Source: Eledone cirrhosa
Taxonomy: Eukaryota
Direction: 5' to 3'
Assembly (NCBI GenBank): GCA_964016885.1
Contig: OZ024742.1
Location: 203,856,001 to 203,920,000, forward strand
DNA length: 64,000 nt
Notes under the pieces: generated by a model
What the model was told of the DNA's origin: nothing
The model's database searches: none
What the model saw: only the letters and a program-made list of their open reading frames with translations
Shown here: piece after piece, positions 35,271 through 45,775 of the stretch
Layout of the letters: each line of letters starts with the position of its first letter
How positions within the stretch are numbered: position 1 is the stretch's first letter
Program-made: the position numbers and the translations under genes

Positions 35271-35300
35271 ACAGCGTCGCCACCACAGCAACGTCGGTAG
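3..35300 (+). other. Candidate giant Pro/Thr/Ser (mucin-like) repeat exon, (TPTTPPPSA)n; unproven, six 1-bp frameshifts
   Basis: ACA CCA ACA ACA CCA CCA CCC TCA GCA reads TPTTPPPSA. I saw no stop in this register until TAG at 35298-35300, and the commonest variants stay within P/S/T/A. No start codon, splice site or globular domain in the window. Confidence 0.35.
7892..13310. repeat. Second copy of a ~7.9-kb higher-order duplication (matches 1-~5,390)
   Basis: Rare variant units recur at offset 7,891 (ORF track 2269/10160, 2485/10376, 3274/11165). The offset becomes 7,918 after one extra unit. Confidence 0.9.
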
Positions 35301-35662
35301 CAACAGTAGTAGAAACACTAGTTCCACCACCATCATCTCCAGCAATACCACCACAAGCAACTCCTGCAATACCACCACAACCACCACCCCTAACGTCACT
35401 ACCACAAGCATAACCACTACCGCCAACAATACCACTACAACCACCACCCCAATAAAACCACCACAACCACCACCCCAACAACCACCACCACCAACAACAC
35501 CGACAACAGCAGCAGCCACAACAGCTACAGCATCAACAGCAGTAGCACCTGAGACACACCAGTTCGATGCTGTTGTTACATAAGTTTAATGCTGTTGTTA
35601 CTAGTTTTCTTGTTGATTCACAAACTTAAAGTGTGAATATATGTGTCTATGTATATGAGTAA

Positions 35663-35732
35663 GAGAGAGAGGGGCGGAGAGAGAAGTGAGAGAGAGAGAG
35701 ACTGAGGGAGAGAGAGTGAGAGAGAGAGAGAG
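35663..35732. repeat. Imperfect (GA)n microsatellite
   Basis: Visible GA dinucleotide run. Confidence 0.9.
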
Positions 35733-36537
35733 AAAAAAAGAGATGGACATATCTGACTGAACAACACGTAAGAAAAATGAAAAAGAAAAATATGTATATA
35801 TCCATACGTCTTATCTAAATGTGTGTGTGTGTTTGTGTAAATGTGTGTATATGTATATATATTTATATATATATGTATATGTGTGTGTTTTTATGTATAT
35901 AGTATATATAAACAACAGATCTATATACACATTCAACAGTTGACTAGTTAATAATTCCACCAATAGGGAAACACAATCCAGAGATATTTTGTTCAAGATC
36001 CTCCCCATCCCTCGCATCTCACTCTTTCTCTGCCGCTCTCTCACTCTTTCTATCTGACAGGCTGTCTGTCTGTCTGCCTGTCTTCCACTCTTTCTGTTTG
36101 ATTGCCGGTCAGCCGGTTTCGCACTCTCTCTCTCTTATAAGAATGCCGTAACATCAGCTCGGGGACCTCACCCAGTGGACTTACTGTGCAGCCTGACACC
36201 AACCACGAACATTTCTGAGTTCCTGTGCACAGATGGGTTGCCATAACTATGATTAAGGAGTCCCATCTATCTCTTCTTCTAGTCAAACTGCCAACCAAGG
36301 CTGACGAGCTCTGTCTATCCGAAGCAACTAGTTTTAAGGCGCCTATGGCTAGCTTTTGTCCCATTTCTTTGTCGGTCCCAAACACCCTAACCACGCGAAG
36401 GCCATGAACTGGGATTCGGTTGTTATAGATTATATGTGACGCAAGCCATCTGGGGCATTGAGAATAGATTCTCACGCCTATGCCTACCCTTTCATCCCCG
36501 GTAATGCTATCCTTAGGAGACATACATATATGCATGC

Positions 36538-36600
36538 CTACATACATACATACATACATACATACATACATACATACATACATACATACATACATACATA
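36538..36600. repeat. (TACA)n microsatellite
   Basis: Perfect TACA run; a shorter one lies at ~37080-37104. Confidence 0.95.
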
Positions 36601-37080
36601 CTGGCTGAAAACTCTAAGAGTATTGCAATCGCTTGTCACATTACAGAAAATGGTGCACTTTTAGGTTATGACCAGCCATACGAACCTATAACATATCCTG
36701 AACAAGCAATGCCTATGCTTTGAAGGTTTTTTGAGTGGGGAAAGGCCTTGCAATCGACCAATCCCACTCTCTGAGCATCGAAAACACTACCCATAAAGGA
36801 GAACTGGTCAACATCATCGGATGCTTCCGAAGCAGAAGGTTTTTTTGGTTTCATTCCCAGGTAAAAGAAAGTTTTAAAAAGTACTATTTGGAAGGCCGTT
36901 GACTCTGCTGAGTTCCTCCGCCCTTTGCCGAGTCTTGCATTTTATCCCGCAGGGTGTCAAAATATCACCCTCCTCACCAAGCAAGCTTGGAGGGGTTGCC
37001 GGTTTAATCGCCTATGACCCGACCATGAGACAGGTTGTACTGGGTTGCATGTTACCAGTAACAGTCTAGAGCGACCTGAC
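36601..37080 (-). mobile_element. Probable interspersed-repeat fragment (possible non-LTR element 5' UTR) bracketed by (TACA)n
   Basis: GC-richer island with hairpin potential between two TACA tracts; no recognisable ORF. Family and strand are tentative. Confidence 0.3.
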
Positions 37081-37103
37081 ATACATACATAATACATACA
37101 TAC

Positions 37104-37960
37104 ATGGATATCAGGAATCGCAGGTACTGGGTGTTGTTGGAATCTTTAACATCAATAGTGATGTGGATAGCCATTGATCTAGAAGAGATACATGAAATAA
37201 AACATGATACAAATTTCTTTCAAGGAACATTGGAAAACTCTATCCAATTCACCGAGAAAATTGTAGATGGATACTTGAGATATAATACACAAACGATAGA
37301 GGGGATAAACTATGCTAAAAGCCTGACATGGAGTTCCAATAATATCCCACCTTGAAGGATATTACTATACAATTCAGGAACAAGAAATCCCCACCTACTG
37401 CACAAAAAAGGAAGGTCATCAGTTGACAATAAATGTAGGCTGTACATAACAAAGATTGAAGATGTTAGCCATATTATTGTCAACTGTGAAAGAATGTCTT
37501 CTCATTACTACCTCCTCATCAGACATGATGTGATAGCTAGAATGATCTGAAATGCATTACAGAAGACGGAAAGAAAATCAAATAGGGAGGAATATGTTGA
37601 GACTGATGGCTAAAAATAAAAACTGCCACCAAATTAAAGTACAATTGTTATTTGGACACATTGAAAACATGCTCTGTTTTAGAGGTCAGCTGTCCACTTG
37701 ATGTCAATGTGATAAGTAAAATGCAAGAGAAGGTGGATATCTATGGACCATTGATGAGGAGTTTGCAGATCCAGTATCCAAGATACACGCCCAGCTTCAT
37801 ACCCATCATTATTGGAAACAAATCCGCTTGGACCAAAATATAACTGAGCTTGGATTTGTGGAGAAAGAACTAGCTCTTAATTCATAAGCTGGAAATGGCC
37901 ACGATATCTGGAACCTTCAAAACTTGTAAAACATTCTTACAATTCAAAGAATGCATGCTT
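37104..37960 (+). pseudogene. Degenerate 3' part of an RLE-type non-LTR retrotransposon (R4/Dong-like)
   Basis: Across frames: LEGYYYTIQEQEIPT; DNKCRLY..KIEDVSHIIVNC..MS..YYL..RHDVIA (decayed CCHC plus RHD); LEVSCPLDVN..KMQEK..YGPL..FIPIIIG (restriction-like endonuclease region). Stops and frameshifts present. Confidence 0.75.
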
Positions 37961-38159
37961 ACACAAAAGACAATTTTCGTTTCTTTACAACCTTGCCACC
38001 GGAAAGGTGACAGGTGAAAAATAAACTCAAAATAAAGAGATGTATGAGATAACACAGACCAAATTCCTTTTTCTGAGTGATTAGCTACAGCATTAATTAT
38101 ATTTTAATGTTTCTCAGATTATTATAATTTTACTCTTTCATGATAATCTCTAAAAAGTT

Positions 38160-38395
38160 TAAAGTTTGTCTCAAGCCAGGAGGCCCGTCAGGCCAGTGCT
38201 TATCCTGGTTTCGTGGCGTGAAACGGCTGAGAATACAAGACTCCCTCCTGGACAGGATGCCAGTCCATCGCAGAGTTAAACCTCCAGCTATTTCAGCTGA
38301 GTATACTGGGGCAACGTGAAATGAAGTGTTTTGCTCAAGAACACAACACAGCCCAGGAATCGAACCCACAACATTGCCACTAGGCCAAATGCCTT
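38160..38395 (-). mobile_element. tRNA-derived SINE with conserved central domain (Meta/Deu-like)
   Basis: Minus strand has A-box-like TGGCCTAGTGG, B-box-like GGTTCGATTCC, then TGTGTTCTTGAGCAAAACACTT...CTGCGATGGACTGGCATCCTGTCCAGG, resembling conserved SINE cores. Confidence 0.7.
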
Positions 38396-38524
38396 TCCTA
38401 TTCTAGCTCAGGGTCTTTAAGAGTGAATAATTTTTACACGCTGATCTACCGAGTCCTCTCTTTTAATTGTTTTAACTTTTAATATTCTAATGGTTTATAG
38501 TTTATATTATTCCTTACTTTATAA

Positions 38525-38790
38525 GTAATAATAATTGTTTCTACTTTTGGCATTACTGGTACTTTATTTTATCGACCCCGTAAGGATGAAAGGCAAAGAA
38601 TAACTGTTTGGTAGTATCGGTAGAGCGTCAGACACCATGCTTTACAGCTTAGAGTTATGGCCCTTTACGGTCTGAGTCCAAATCACGCCGAGGTTAACTT
38701 TGCTTTCATCTTTACGGGGTCGATAAAATAAAGTACCAGTAATGCACTGGGTGATTTCTGGCCTTGTGCCAAAAGTATAAACAATTATTT
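38525..38790 (+). mobile_element. Octopus-type SINE (+) preceded by an inverted partial copy of its own 3' half
   Basis: GAGGTTAACTTTGCTTTCATCTTTACGGGGTCGATAAAATAAAGTACCAG motif at ~38690-38740; 38551-38598 is its near-perfect reverse complement. Confidence 0.7.
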
Positions 38791-38906
38791 CAGTAAATAT
38801 TTTATGAATTCGTATTTGTGAGTTTGTATAAGTACCCACTCTATATACACATGTATGAGGGTACGCACACACACAAGCACATGTATACACATACATGCAC
38901 ATCATA

Positions 38907-38918
38907 CACACACACACA

Positions 38919-38973
<55 letters not shown>

Positions 38974-38990
38974 GTGTGTGTGTGTGTGTG
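38907..38990. repeat. Compound (CA)n/(TA)n/(TG)n microsatellite
   Basis: Directly visible. Confidence 0.95.
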
Positions 38991-39053
38991 AATAGGGAGG
39001 CATAAAGTAGGTTCTGTTTAGAAACAGTTAGGCAATTTTAAAATTAGGTAGTA

Positions 39054-39490
39054 ACATGTGCTTGCGCCGTATTTGATTAAATAGAATTAGTCTGTTAGTT
39101 GGGGTTTTTAAAAAACCCTCTGAATGGAAAAAAAGATGAGTATTGACGTACATGGGACTCATATCTTTGGTTTCCTGGACCAATGGGTTACCATTGCACC
39201 AATATGGCGTAAGCACATGTTAGTCCCTAATTTTCAAATTCGCTAGCCGTTTACAAACAATGCCTGCTTTGTGTCTGCCTATTTATATACATATATATAC
39301 CTGCAATAGTTATATAGCTTCTAATTCAATATAAGGAAGCATGGGTGGTGAGTTGGTGTAATGGAAACACATTTATCCGGCAAATCAAAGATGTGGGTTC
39401 GTGTACCATGTACGTCAATTCTCATTCATTTTTTAAATCTCAACTAACAGACTAATTCTATTCAGTCAAATACGGCGTAAACACGTTTCT
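39054..39490. mobile_element. Two diverged, inverted copies of a short tRNA-like SINE (~39054-39210 on -, ~39345-39490 on +)
   Basis: Shared TGGTG(T/C)AATGG...CCATGTACGTCAAT...CAACTAACAGACTAATTCTATT...CAAATACGGCG in opposite orientations; A/B-box-like motifs in the + copy. Confidence 0.55.
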
Positions 39491-39793
39491 ACCTTATATA
39501 TATATATATATATAACAGATTAAAGTTATCCTTATCGAGCCCTCTTTGGATTTTAGTCTTCAAATTTATTATTATTACTATTTATATATATATATATATA
39601 TATGTATACGTACATACAAATATGTGTACAGGCGCACAGTAGTATGTATATATTTACATACATGCACACATATATATATTTACGTATGGGTTTACCGATG
39701 TAATGTTCGGTTTGTTTGTAAACAAACAGCCCCAATTACGCTGTACAGTGCGCGGCAACCATCGTTGCCCTTTTGTTCAACACTAACACAGGA

Positions 39794-39836
39794 ACGATGT
39801 ACTAGTTTCAAGCTTATTAGCTATCGTCAGCATCGT
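39794..39836 (-). ncRNA. Type I minimal hammerhead ribozyme motif (family 1)
   Basis: ACGATG-CTGACGA-TAGCTAATAAGCTT-GAAA-CTAGTA-CATCGT: perfect stem I, stem II AGCT/AGCT, palindromic stem III ACTAGT, GUA cleavage triplet. Confidence 0.8.
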
Positions 39837-40619
39837 ATACCTTTCTGTAAGATGATTGAACGTCTGAAAGTATATACTTTCCATATGCATATTAACGGCT
39901 GAGCAGCCTAATTTGCATATCGAGTGAGTTAATCGGCCGGGCGTACCGAAAACGATAAATGGAAAAGAATGAAACGAAACTGTTTACAAACAAATTGAAC
40001 ATTATAATAAATGTTCAGTAAACCCATACGTACATATATATATGTGTGCATGTATGTATATATATACATACTACTGTGCGTCTGTACACATATATGTATG
40101 TACGTATACATACTTATATTTGGGTATCAGCCGTACTAAGAGTGAGAAATGAAATTTCGGTTCATTCTTTTCCATATATATATATATATATATACACACC
40201 AGGAGAAGTGTAGAGGTTTGTGTGTATATGGAGGTATATATGAAGCAATTTTTTCATTAAGAGTCTGGCTTCTCCTAAATTGATACATTTTTAAATGTAT
40301 AAGTGGGATATAAAAAATATGTGTTAATATTAGTTTTGTGGTTTTATGCTAGGATCTTAGTATATGGATTTACTTCCATGCTGGAATCCTGCTTAACTGA
40401 AAATCTTCCATTAGCCATATTCTTCGCATTTTTATTTGTTGAAACTCGTTTAAGACTAATAAAATTGTCTTAAATTCCTTTTGAACTTTTGGATGTATTA
40501 TTTAAATGTTCTGATTCCTTGTACTCGTACAATATCCATGATTTATTTACCCAATGGATTACACCTCATATATATATATATATATAATGCGTTCGTGTAT
40601 ATGCATATATATATATATA

Positions 40620-40955
40620 TATTGGTAAAAGGAAAAGAAAATGCTGACAAATTGTTCCCAGTGAAAAATAGTTTAATTAGGAATAAGCAAAAATTAGTAA
40701 TAAGTATTGGTTAGTATTCAGTTTTAAATTTAAGTTTTTACCGGTGTCGCATTTCTAATGGTTTTCAAAAATAATTTTGAGATAGAGCGCCCGTGATGTT
40801 TGATCTAATCTGATCAGTTTTGGAAATTCTACCTGTTTTATGTGAAAAAAGTGGCTCCAGAGGTATTAAAATAAGTTTCGCGCCAATTCGTGTTGCAAAA
40901 ATTCTTGTGGTCAAAACTATTTGATTGGTCGGTAGAGGTCACGTGAATGTTAAAT
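40620..40955. repeat. Dispersed repeat; inverted copy at ~48696-49085
   Basis: GTAAAAGGAAAAGAAAATGCTGAC...GGTCACGTGAATGTTAAA is reverse-complemented, with small indels, about 8 kb downstream. Confidence 0.85.
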
Positions 40956-41240
40956 ATATATATGGAAAAAATGAAACAAAATTTCATTTCTCACTCTTAG
41001 TACGGCTGTTACTTAAATATAAGTATATATACGTTCATACATATATGTATACAGACGTACAGAAGTATGTATATATATATATACATACATGCACACATAT
41101 ATATATATATATATATATGTACGTATGGATTTACCGAACATTTATTATAATGCTCGGTTTGTTTGTAAACAAACATCCCGAATTAAGCCGTACAGTGTTT
41201 AGCAACCATCTTTGCCCTTTTGTTCAACACTGACAAAGGC

Positions 41241-41282
41241 ACGATGTACTAGTTTCAGCTTATTAGCTATCGTCAGCACCGT
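41241..41282 (-). ncRNA. Type I hammerhead motif (family 1), 1-nt deletion at base of stem II
   Basis: ACGGTG-CTGACGA-TAGCTAATAAGCT-GAAA-CTAGTA-CATCGT. Confidence 0.7.
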
Positions 41283-41794
41283 ATACCTTCCTGCCAGATG
41301 ATGGAACGTCTGAAAGTATATACTTTCCTTATGCATATTAACGGCTGAGCAGCCTAATTTGCATATCGAGTGAGATAATCGGCCGGGCGCACCGAAAACG
41401 ATAAATGGAAAAAAAATGGAAAAAACGAGAAATGAAATTTCGTTTCATTTTTTACATTTATCGTTTTCGGTGCGCCCGGCTGATTATCTGGCAGGAAGGT
41501 ATAGGGTGCTGACGAAAGCTAGTACATCGTTCCTTTGTCAGTGTTGAACAAAGGGGCAACGATGGTTGCTAAACACTGTACGGCTTAATTCGGGATGTTT
41601 GTTTACATACTTATATTTAAGCCGCAGCCGTACTAAGAGTGAGAAATGAAATTTCGGTTCCTTTTTTTCCATTTATCGTTTTCGTTGCGCCCGGCCGATT
41701 AAATCACTCGATATGCAAATTAGGCTGCTCAGCCGTTAATATGCATAAGGAAAGTATATACCTTCAGACGTTCAATCATCTGGCAGGAAGATAT

Positions 41795-41837
41795 ACGGTG
41801 CTGACGATAGCTAATAAGCTTGAAACTAGTACATCGT
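41795..41837 (+). ncRNA. Type I hammerhead ribozyme motif (family 1)
   Basis: ACGGTG-CTGACGA-TAGCTAATAAGCTT-GAAA-CTAGTA-CATCGT. Confidence 0.8.
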
Positions 41838-42043
41838 TCCTTTGACAGTGTTGAACACAAGGGCAACGATGGTTGCTAAACATTGTACGGCTTAATTCGG
41901 GATGTTTGTTTACAAACAAACCGAACATTATAATAAATGTTCGGTAAATCCATACGTACATATATATATGTGTGCATGTATGTATATATATATACATACT
42001 ACTGTACGTCTGTTTACATATATGAATTTAAATATACATACTC

Positions 42044-42120
<77 letters not shown>

Positions 42121-42386
42121 CAAGTATGTACACGTACATACATATATGTATACAGATGTACAGAAGTATGTATATATATATACATACATGCACACATATA
42201 TATATGTACGTATAGATTCACCGAACATTTATTATAATGCTCGGTGGGTTTGTAAACAAACATCCCGTATTATTATCGTTTTCGGTGCACCCGGCCCATT
42301 AACCCACTCGATATGCAAATTGGGCTACTCAGTCCTTAATATGCATAAGGTAAGTATATACGTTCAACAATCTGGCAGGAAGGTAT

Positions 42387-42429
42387 ACGTCGCTGACGAT
42401 AGCTAATAAGCTTGAAACTAGTACAGCGT
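42387..42429 (+). ncRNA. Type I hammerhead ribozyme motif (family 1)
   Basis: ACGTCG-CTGACGA...GAAACTAGTA-CAGCGT; one stem I mismatch. Confidence 0.72.
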
Positions 42430-42806
42430 TCCTTTGTCAGTGTTGAACAAACGAGCAACGATGGTTGTTAGACACTACGGCTTAATACGGGATGTTTGTT
42501 TACAAACACACCGAGCATTATAATAAATGTTCGGTGAATCCATACGTACATATATATATGTGTGCATGTATGTATATATATATATATACTACTGTACGTC
42601 TGTATACATATATGTATGTACGTGTACATACTTATATTTAAGTAACAGCCGTACTAAGAGTGGGAAATGAAATTTCGTTTCATTTTTTCCGTTTATCGTT
42701 TTCGGTGCACCCGGCCGATTAACCCACTCGATATGCAAATTGGGCTACTCAGTCCTTAATATGCATAAGGTAAGTATATACGTTCAACAATCTGGCAGGA
42801 AGGTAT

Positions 42807-42849
42807 ACGTTGCTGACGATAGCTAATAAGCTTGAAACTAGTACAGCGT
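42807..42849 (+). ncRNA. Type I hammerhead ribozyme motif (family 1)
   Basis: ACGTTG-CTGACGA...GAAACTAGTA-CAGCGT; stem I fully paired, with a U-G wobble. Confidence 0.8.
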
Positions 42850-43105
42850 TCCTTTGTCAGTGTTAAACAAACGAGCAACGTTGGTTGCTAGACACTACGG
42901 CTTAATACGGGATGTTTGTTTACAAACACACCGAGCATTATAAAAATGTTCGATGAATCCATACGTACATATATGTGAGCATGTATGCATATATATATAC
43001 ATACTACTGTACGTCTGTATACATATATGTATGTACGTGTACATACTTATATTTAAGTAACAGCCGTACTAAGAGTGGGAAATGAAATTTCGTTTCATTT
43101 TCTCC

Positions 43106-43155
<50 letters not shown>

Positions 43156-43373
43156 CGTTCGTGTATATATGCATATATATATATTTAATAATAATAATAT
43201 TATTATTTATACTTATATATACACTATATATAATTATAAACAAGAAAGGTCAGTATTTTTTAATACCACCTTAATACCAGTATGAAAAATAGCTCAATGT
43301 AAATACATCAGATGTCTTACAGAGTAGGAATATGAATTACAGAATAATCAAAACTATGTTCTAAACATTTCAT

Positions 43374-43420
43374 TGCTGGCAATCGTTTCTTCCAAACGAA
43401 AGTTTGGAATCATCGGAGCA
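43374..43420 (-). ncRNA. Degenerate hammerhead motif (family 3) downstream of the Penelope endonuclease fragment
   Basis: TGCT-CCGATGA-TTCCAAAC TTTC GTTTGGAA-GAAA-CGATTGCC-AGCA: perfect 8-bp stem II, but core U4 is C and stem III/NUH site is mutated. Confidence 0.5.
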
Positions 43421-44525
43421 CTAGCAAAGTTTAGACATATAATTAACCTCCTATTCCACAGAACAAACGTAAAGACACGTAGATATTACTGATGTCACTA
43501 ACGGTGTCATATTTAAAGAGTGAAGGTGATGTGGTTAGTATCATTGGATGCGACAAAGTTATAAAAGAATAATACAATAATTATAGAAGAATTAAAGTAG
43601 AAAGTTACTCGCAAAATGAGGACTTTAGCGGCACATAGGCACACATATATAAAGAGTGCAGAGGTGTTATGCATGTACAGAGTAACAAGGTGAAAAAACG
43701 AGCAATGGTACTAAGCATATATATCACAGTATGGCAAAGGTATTACATAATACAATACAGGTGTAAAAGCATATCAAGCAGACAGAGATGAAAAGCAGTT
43801 TCTATGAAAGTTTATGGTGGGTGCAATGTTAAAATTGTTCTGGTAATGTTCAAATGCATGTGTTGTGAGTATTAATATTAAGGTTTTCCTTTCCATTACA
43901 TTGGTTATATTTTAAGAAATGTTTATCAGTAGTTCCAACTATGGATTGTATATTGGTCTCACTATAATCTTATAAAAGGTTAGATTTGTTCTGTCTAAAA
44001 GTTTAATTTCAGGAAGTGATTAGAGATCTACACTAAGGGGGGCTAATGGGAAAGGGGAGGTAATTACTGATTAATTTGTGTATAAGAGAAAAATGTATAA
44101 TCTGGTGTTAGTTGTTTATGACTCCAATTAGTTAAATTCTGTGTTAATATACAATATATTATATTATAAATGAATCCTTTCATATAATGCTATTTATTTT
44201 AATATTTTTATATTTTAATATTTAATTTTATATACAATCTATTTTCTATATAATATTTTAAAGGTCTCAATTTACCACTACCTACCCATATACTAATTAA
44301 ATGAATGAACTATTGGTAATGAAGGTATTGTAGTTATATTAAGTGGTGGTAACTTTATGTTTATTCCCGATAGTTATTGTTGAGTATAAGATCTGAGATA
44401 AACAGGAGATAAGTGGGGGGATGAGCTGATACACGAATGTGATGCTATGGGGTATTATATGCTGATAAAACCTAGAGGTAAAGTGTTAACGGTGGTGAGG
44501 AATCCAGAACTGACATTGTTATATA

Positions 44526-45232
44526 TTAGCAGCTAGGTTTGAAATTGTGGAAAGAGTGTCGGTGGTGGTGTTGGCACGCGGAAAAATTTTCTGATTTTCT
44601 ATTTAAAAGGTTTAGCTTAGAATGGATTATAGTGCGAGTCTCTAGAAGACAGAGGTTACATAATCTATTCGGTGATTTATACGAGGTGGCCCTATCTACT
44701 ACTTCCCATTGAAGTGTATATGGTCTATTCCTAGTTTTCACAGAGTGTATGTAGGTAGATAAAGAAGTGGAGCTGGCTAGATTGCGATTTTTAAAAGTGT
44801 GAAGATACGAGTTATATCTTGTCTTGAAGCAGCTCGAAGTAGAGCCGATATTTGTTTTCGAAGTGTTATTTGTAACGACTGTGCATGAGTAAATGATGTC
44901 TTTGATTTTTTTCCAAGGGGCAAGTTCTATTTGTTTTACAGTTACAGTTGTTCTGGTTGTTTACTTGCTGGGTAATAGGATGTGTAGATGCATGGATGTT
45001 AGGGGTAGCATTAGGGTAATGATGATTATAATTCCTATTTTTATTAATTTCATTAGTGCTATTACTATTATTATTACTTCTACTAGAATTCTCTGGTACT
45101 ATGTTGTTATGTAAGTTCACCACCTGTTGCGATTTAATTAGTTGTAAATAATTATTAATCTTCCTTTTATTACCACTAGCAATATGGTTTGCGATGTTAG
45201 GTGTGGTAGAGTAAGAGATTTTAATGGTATTT
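44526..45232 (-). pseudogene. Penelope-like element fragment: linker plus GIY-YIG endonuclease
   Basis: TIKISYSTTPNIANHIAS...CNCKTNRTCPL...DIIYSC..NIGSTSSCFKTRY...H.F...STSLSTYI...YTLQWEVVDRATSY...CNLCLLE...LLNRKSE...C.H; typical PLE C-terminus, frameshifted. Confidence 0.85.
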
Positions 45233-45338
45233 TAATACCATAATGGTAATTTATAATTTATATATATATATATATATAATGCGTTCGTATATATGCATAT
45301 ATATATATATATAAATATATATAATGCGTTCGTATATA

Positions 45339-45407
<69 letters not shown>

Positions 45408-45474
45408 GACGTAAAATAAAAAAATATTTTTTTAAAAAAAATTTAAAAAAAATTTTTTTCTTACTTAAATTTTC

Positions 45475-45556
45475 ACTCCAACTAATTAGTTTCTGCAATG
45501 GGATAAAGACAGTTACGTAATTCAACTGTCGAGAATTCATTGCGTCATCAGGAAGT
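45475..45556 (-). ncRNA. Type I hammerhead motif (family 2)
   Basis: Reverse complement of 45694-45775. Confidence 0.7.
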
Positions 45557-45693
45557 CTATTCTCAGTTAAGTCTCCAGGCAATGCGCGGACATAGAATTC
45601 AGTCCTCGCAAGCTGTTCGATCTACCGAATTATTATTATTTTTATATGAGCCGCCAGTGTCCGCGCATTGCCTGGAGACTTAACTGAGAATAG

Positions 45694-45775
45694 ACTTCCT
45701 GATGACGCAATGAATTCTCGACAGTTGAATTACGTAACTGTCTTTATCCCATTGCAGAAACTAATTAGTTGGAGT
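45694..45775 (+). ncRNA. Type I hammerhead motif (family 2) with long stem II
   Basis: ACTTC-CTGATGA-CGCAATG[..GACAGTT..AACTGTC..]CATTGCA-GAAA-CTAATTAGTT-GGAGT: stem I ACTTC/GGAGT, stem II GCAATG/CATTGC, palindromic stem III ACTAATTAGT, GUU triplet. Confidence 0.72.

Larger units (their letters stand above)
39600..43107. mobile_element. Cluster of ~420-bp ORF-less hammerhead-bearing repeats (family 1; retrozyme or Penelope pseudo-LTR-like), direct and inverted
   Basis: Copies at ~39600-39980 (-), ~40960-41410 (-), ~41440-41610 (+, deleted), ~41610-42030 (+), ~42270-42690 (+), ~42690-43107 (+), plus inverted fragments. The last two have a 420-bp period. Confidence 0.85.

Noticed and set aside
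2269-35481. Very long minus-strand (LLRVVVLLV)n ORFs as membrane proteins
   Set aside because: By-product of the 27-bp repeat; this register is repeatedly broken by TAG and many starts are GTG/TTG.
36295-36335. CTGACGA...GAAG as another hammerhead
   Set aside because: No GAAA core and no convincing stems I-III.
38345-39420. tRNA genes at the A/B-box-like motifs
   Set aside because: No complete cloverleaf; the motifs are SINE heads.
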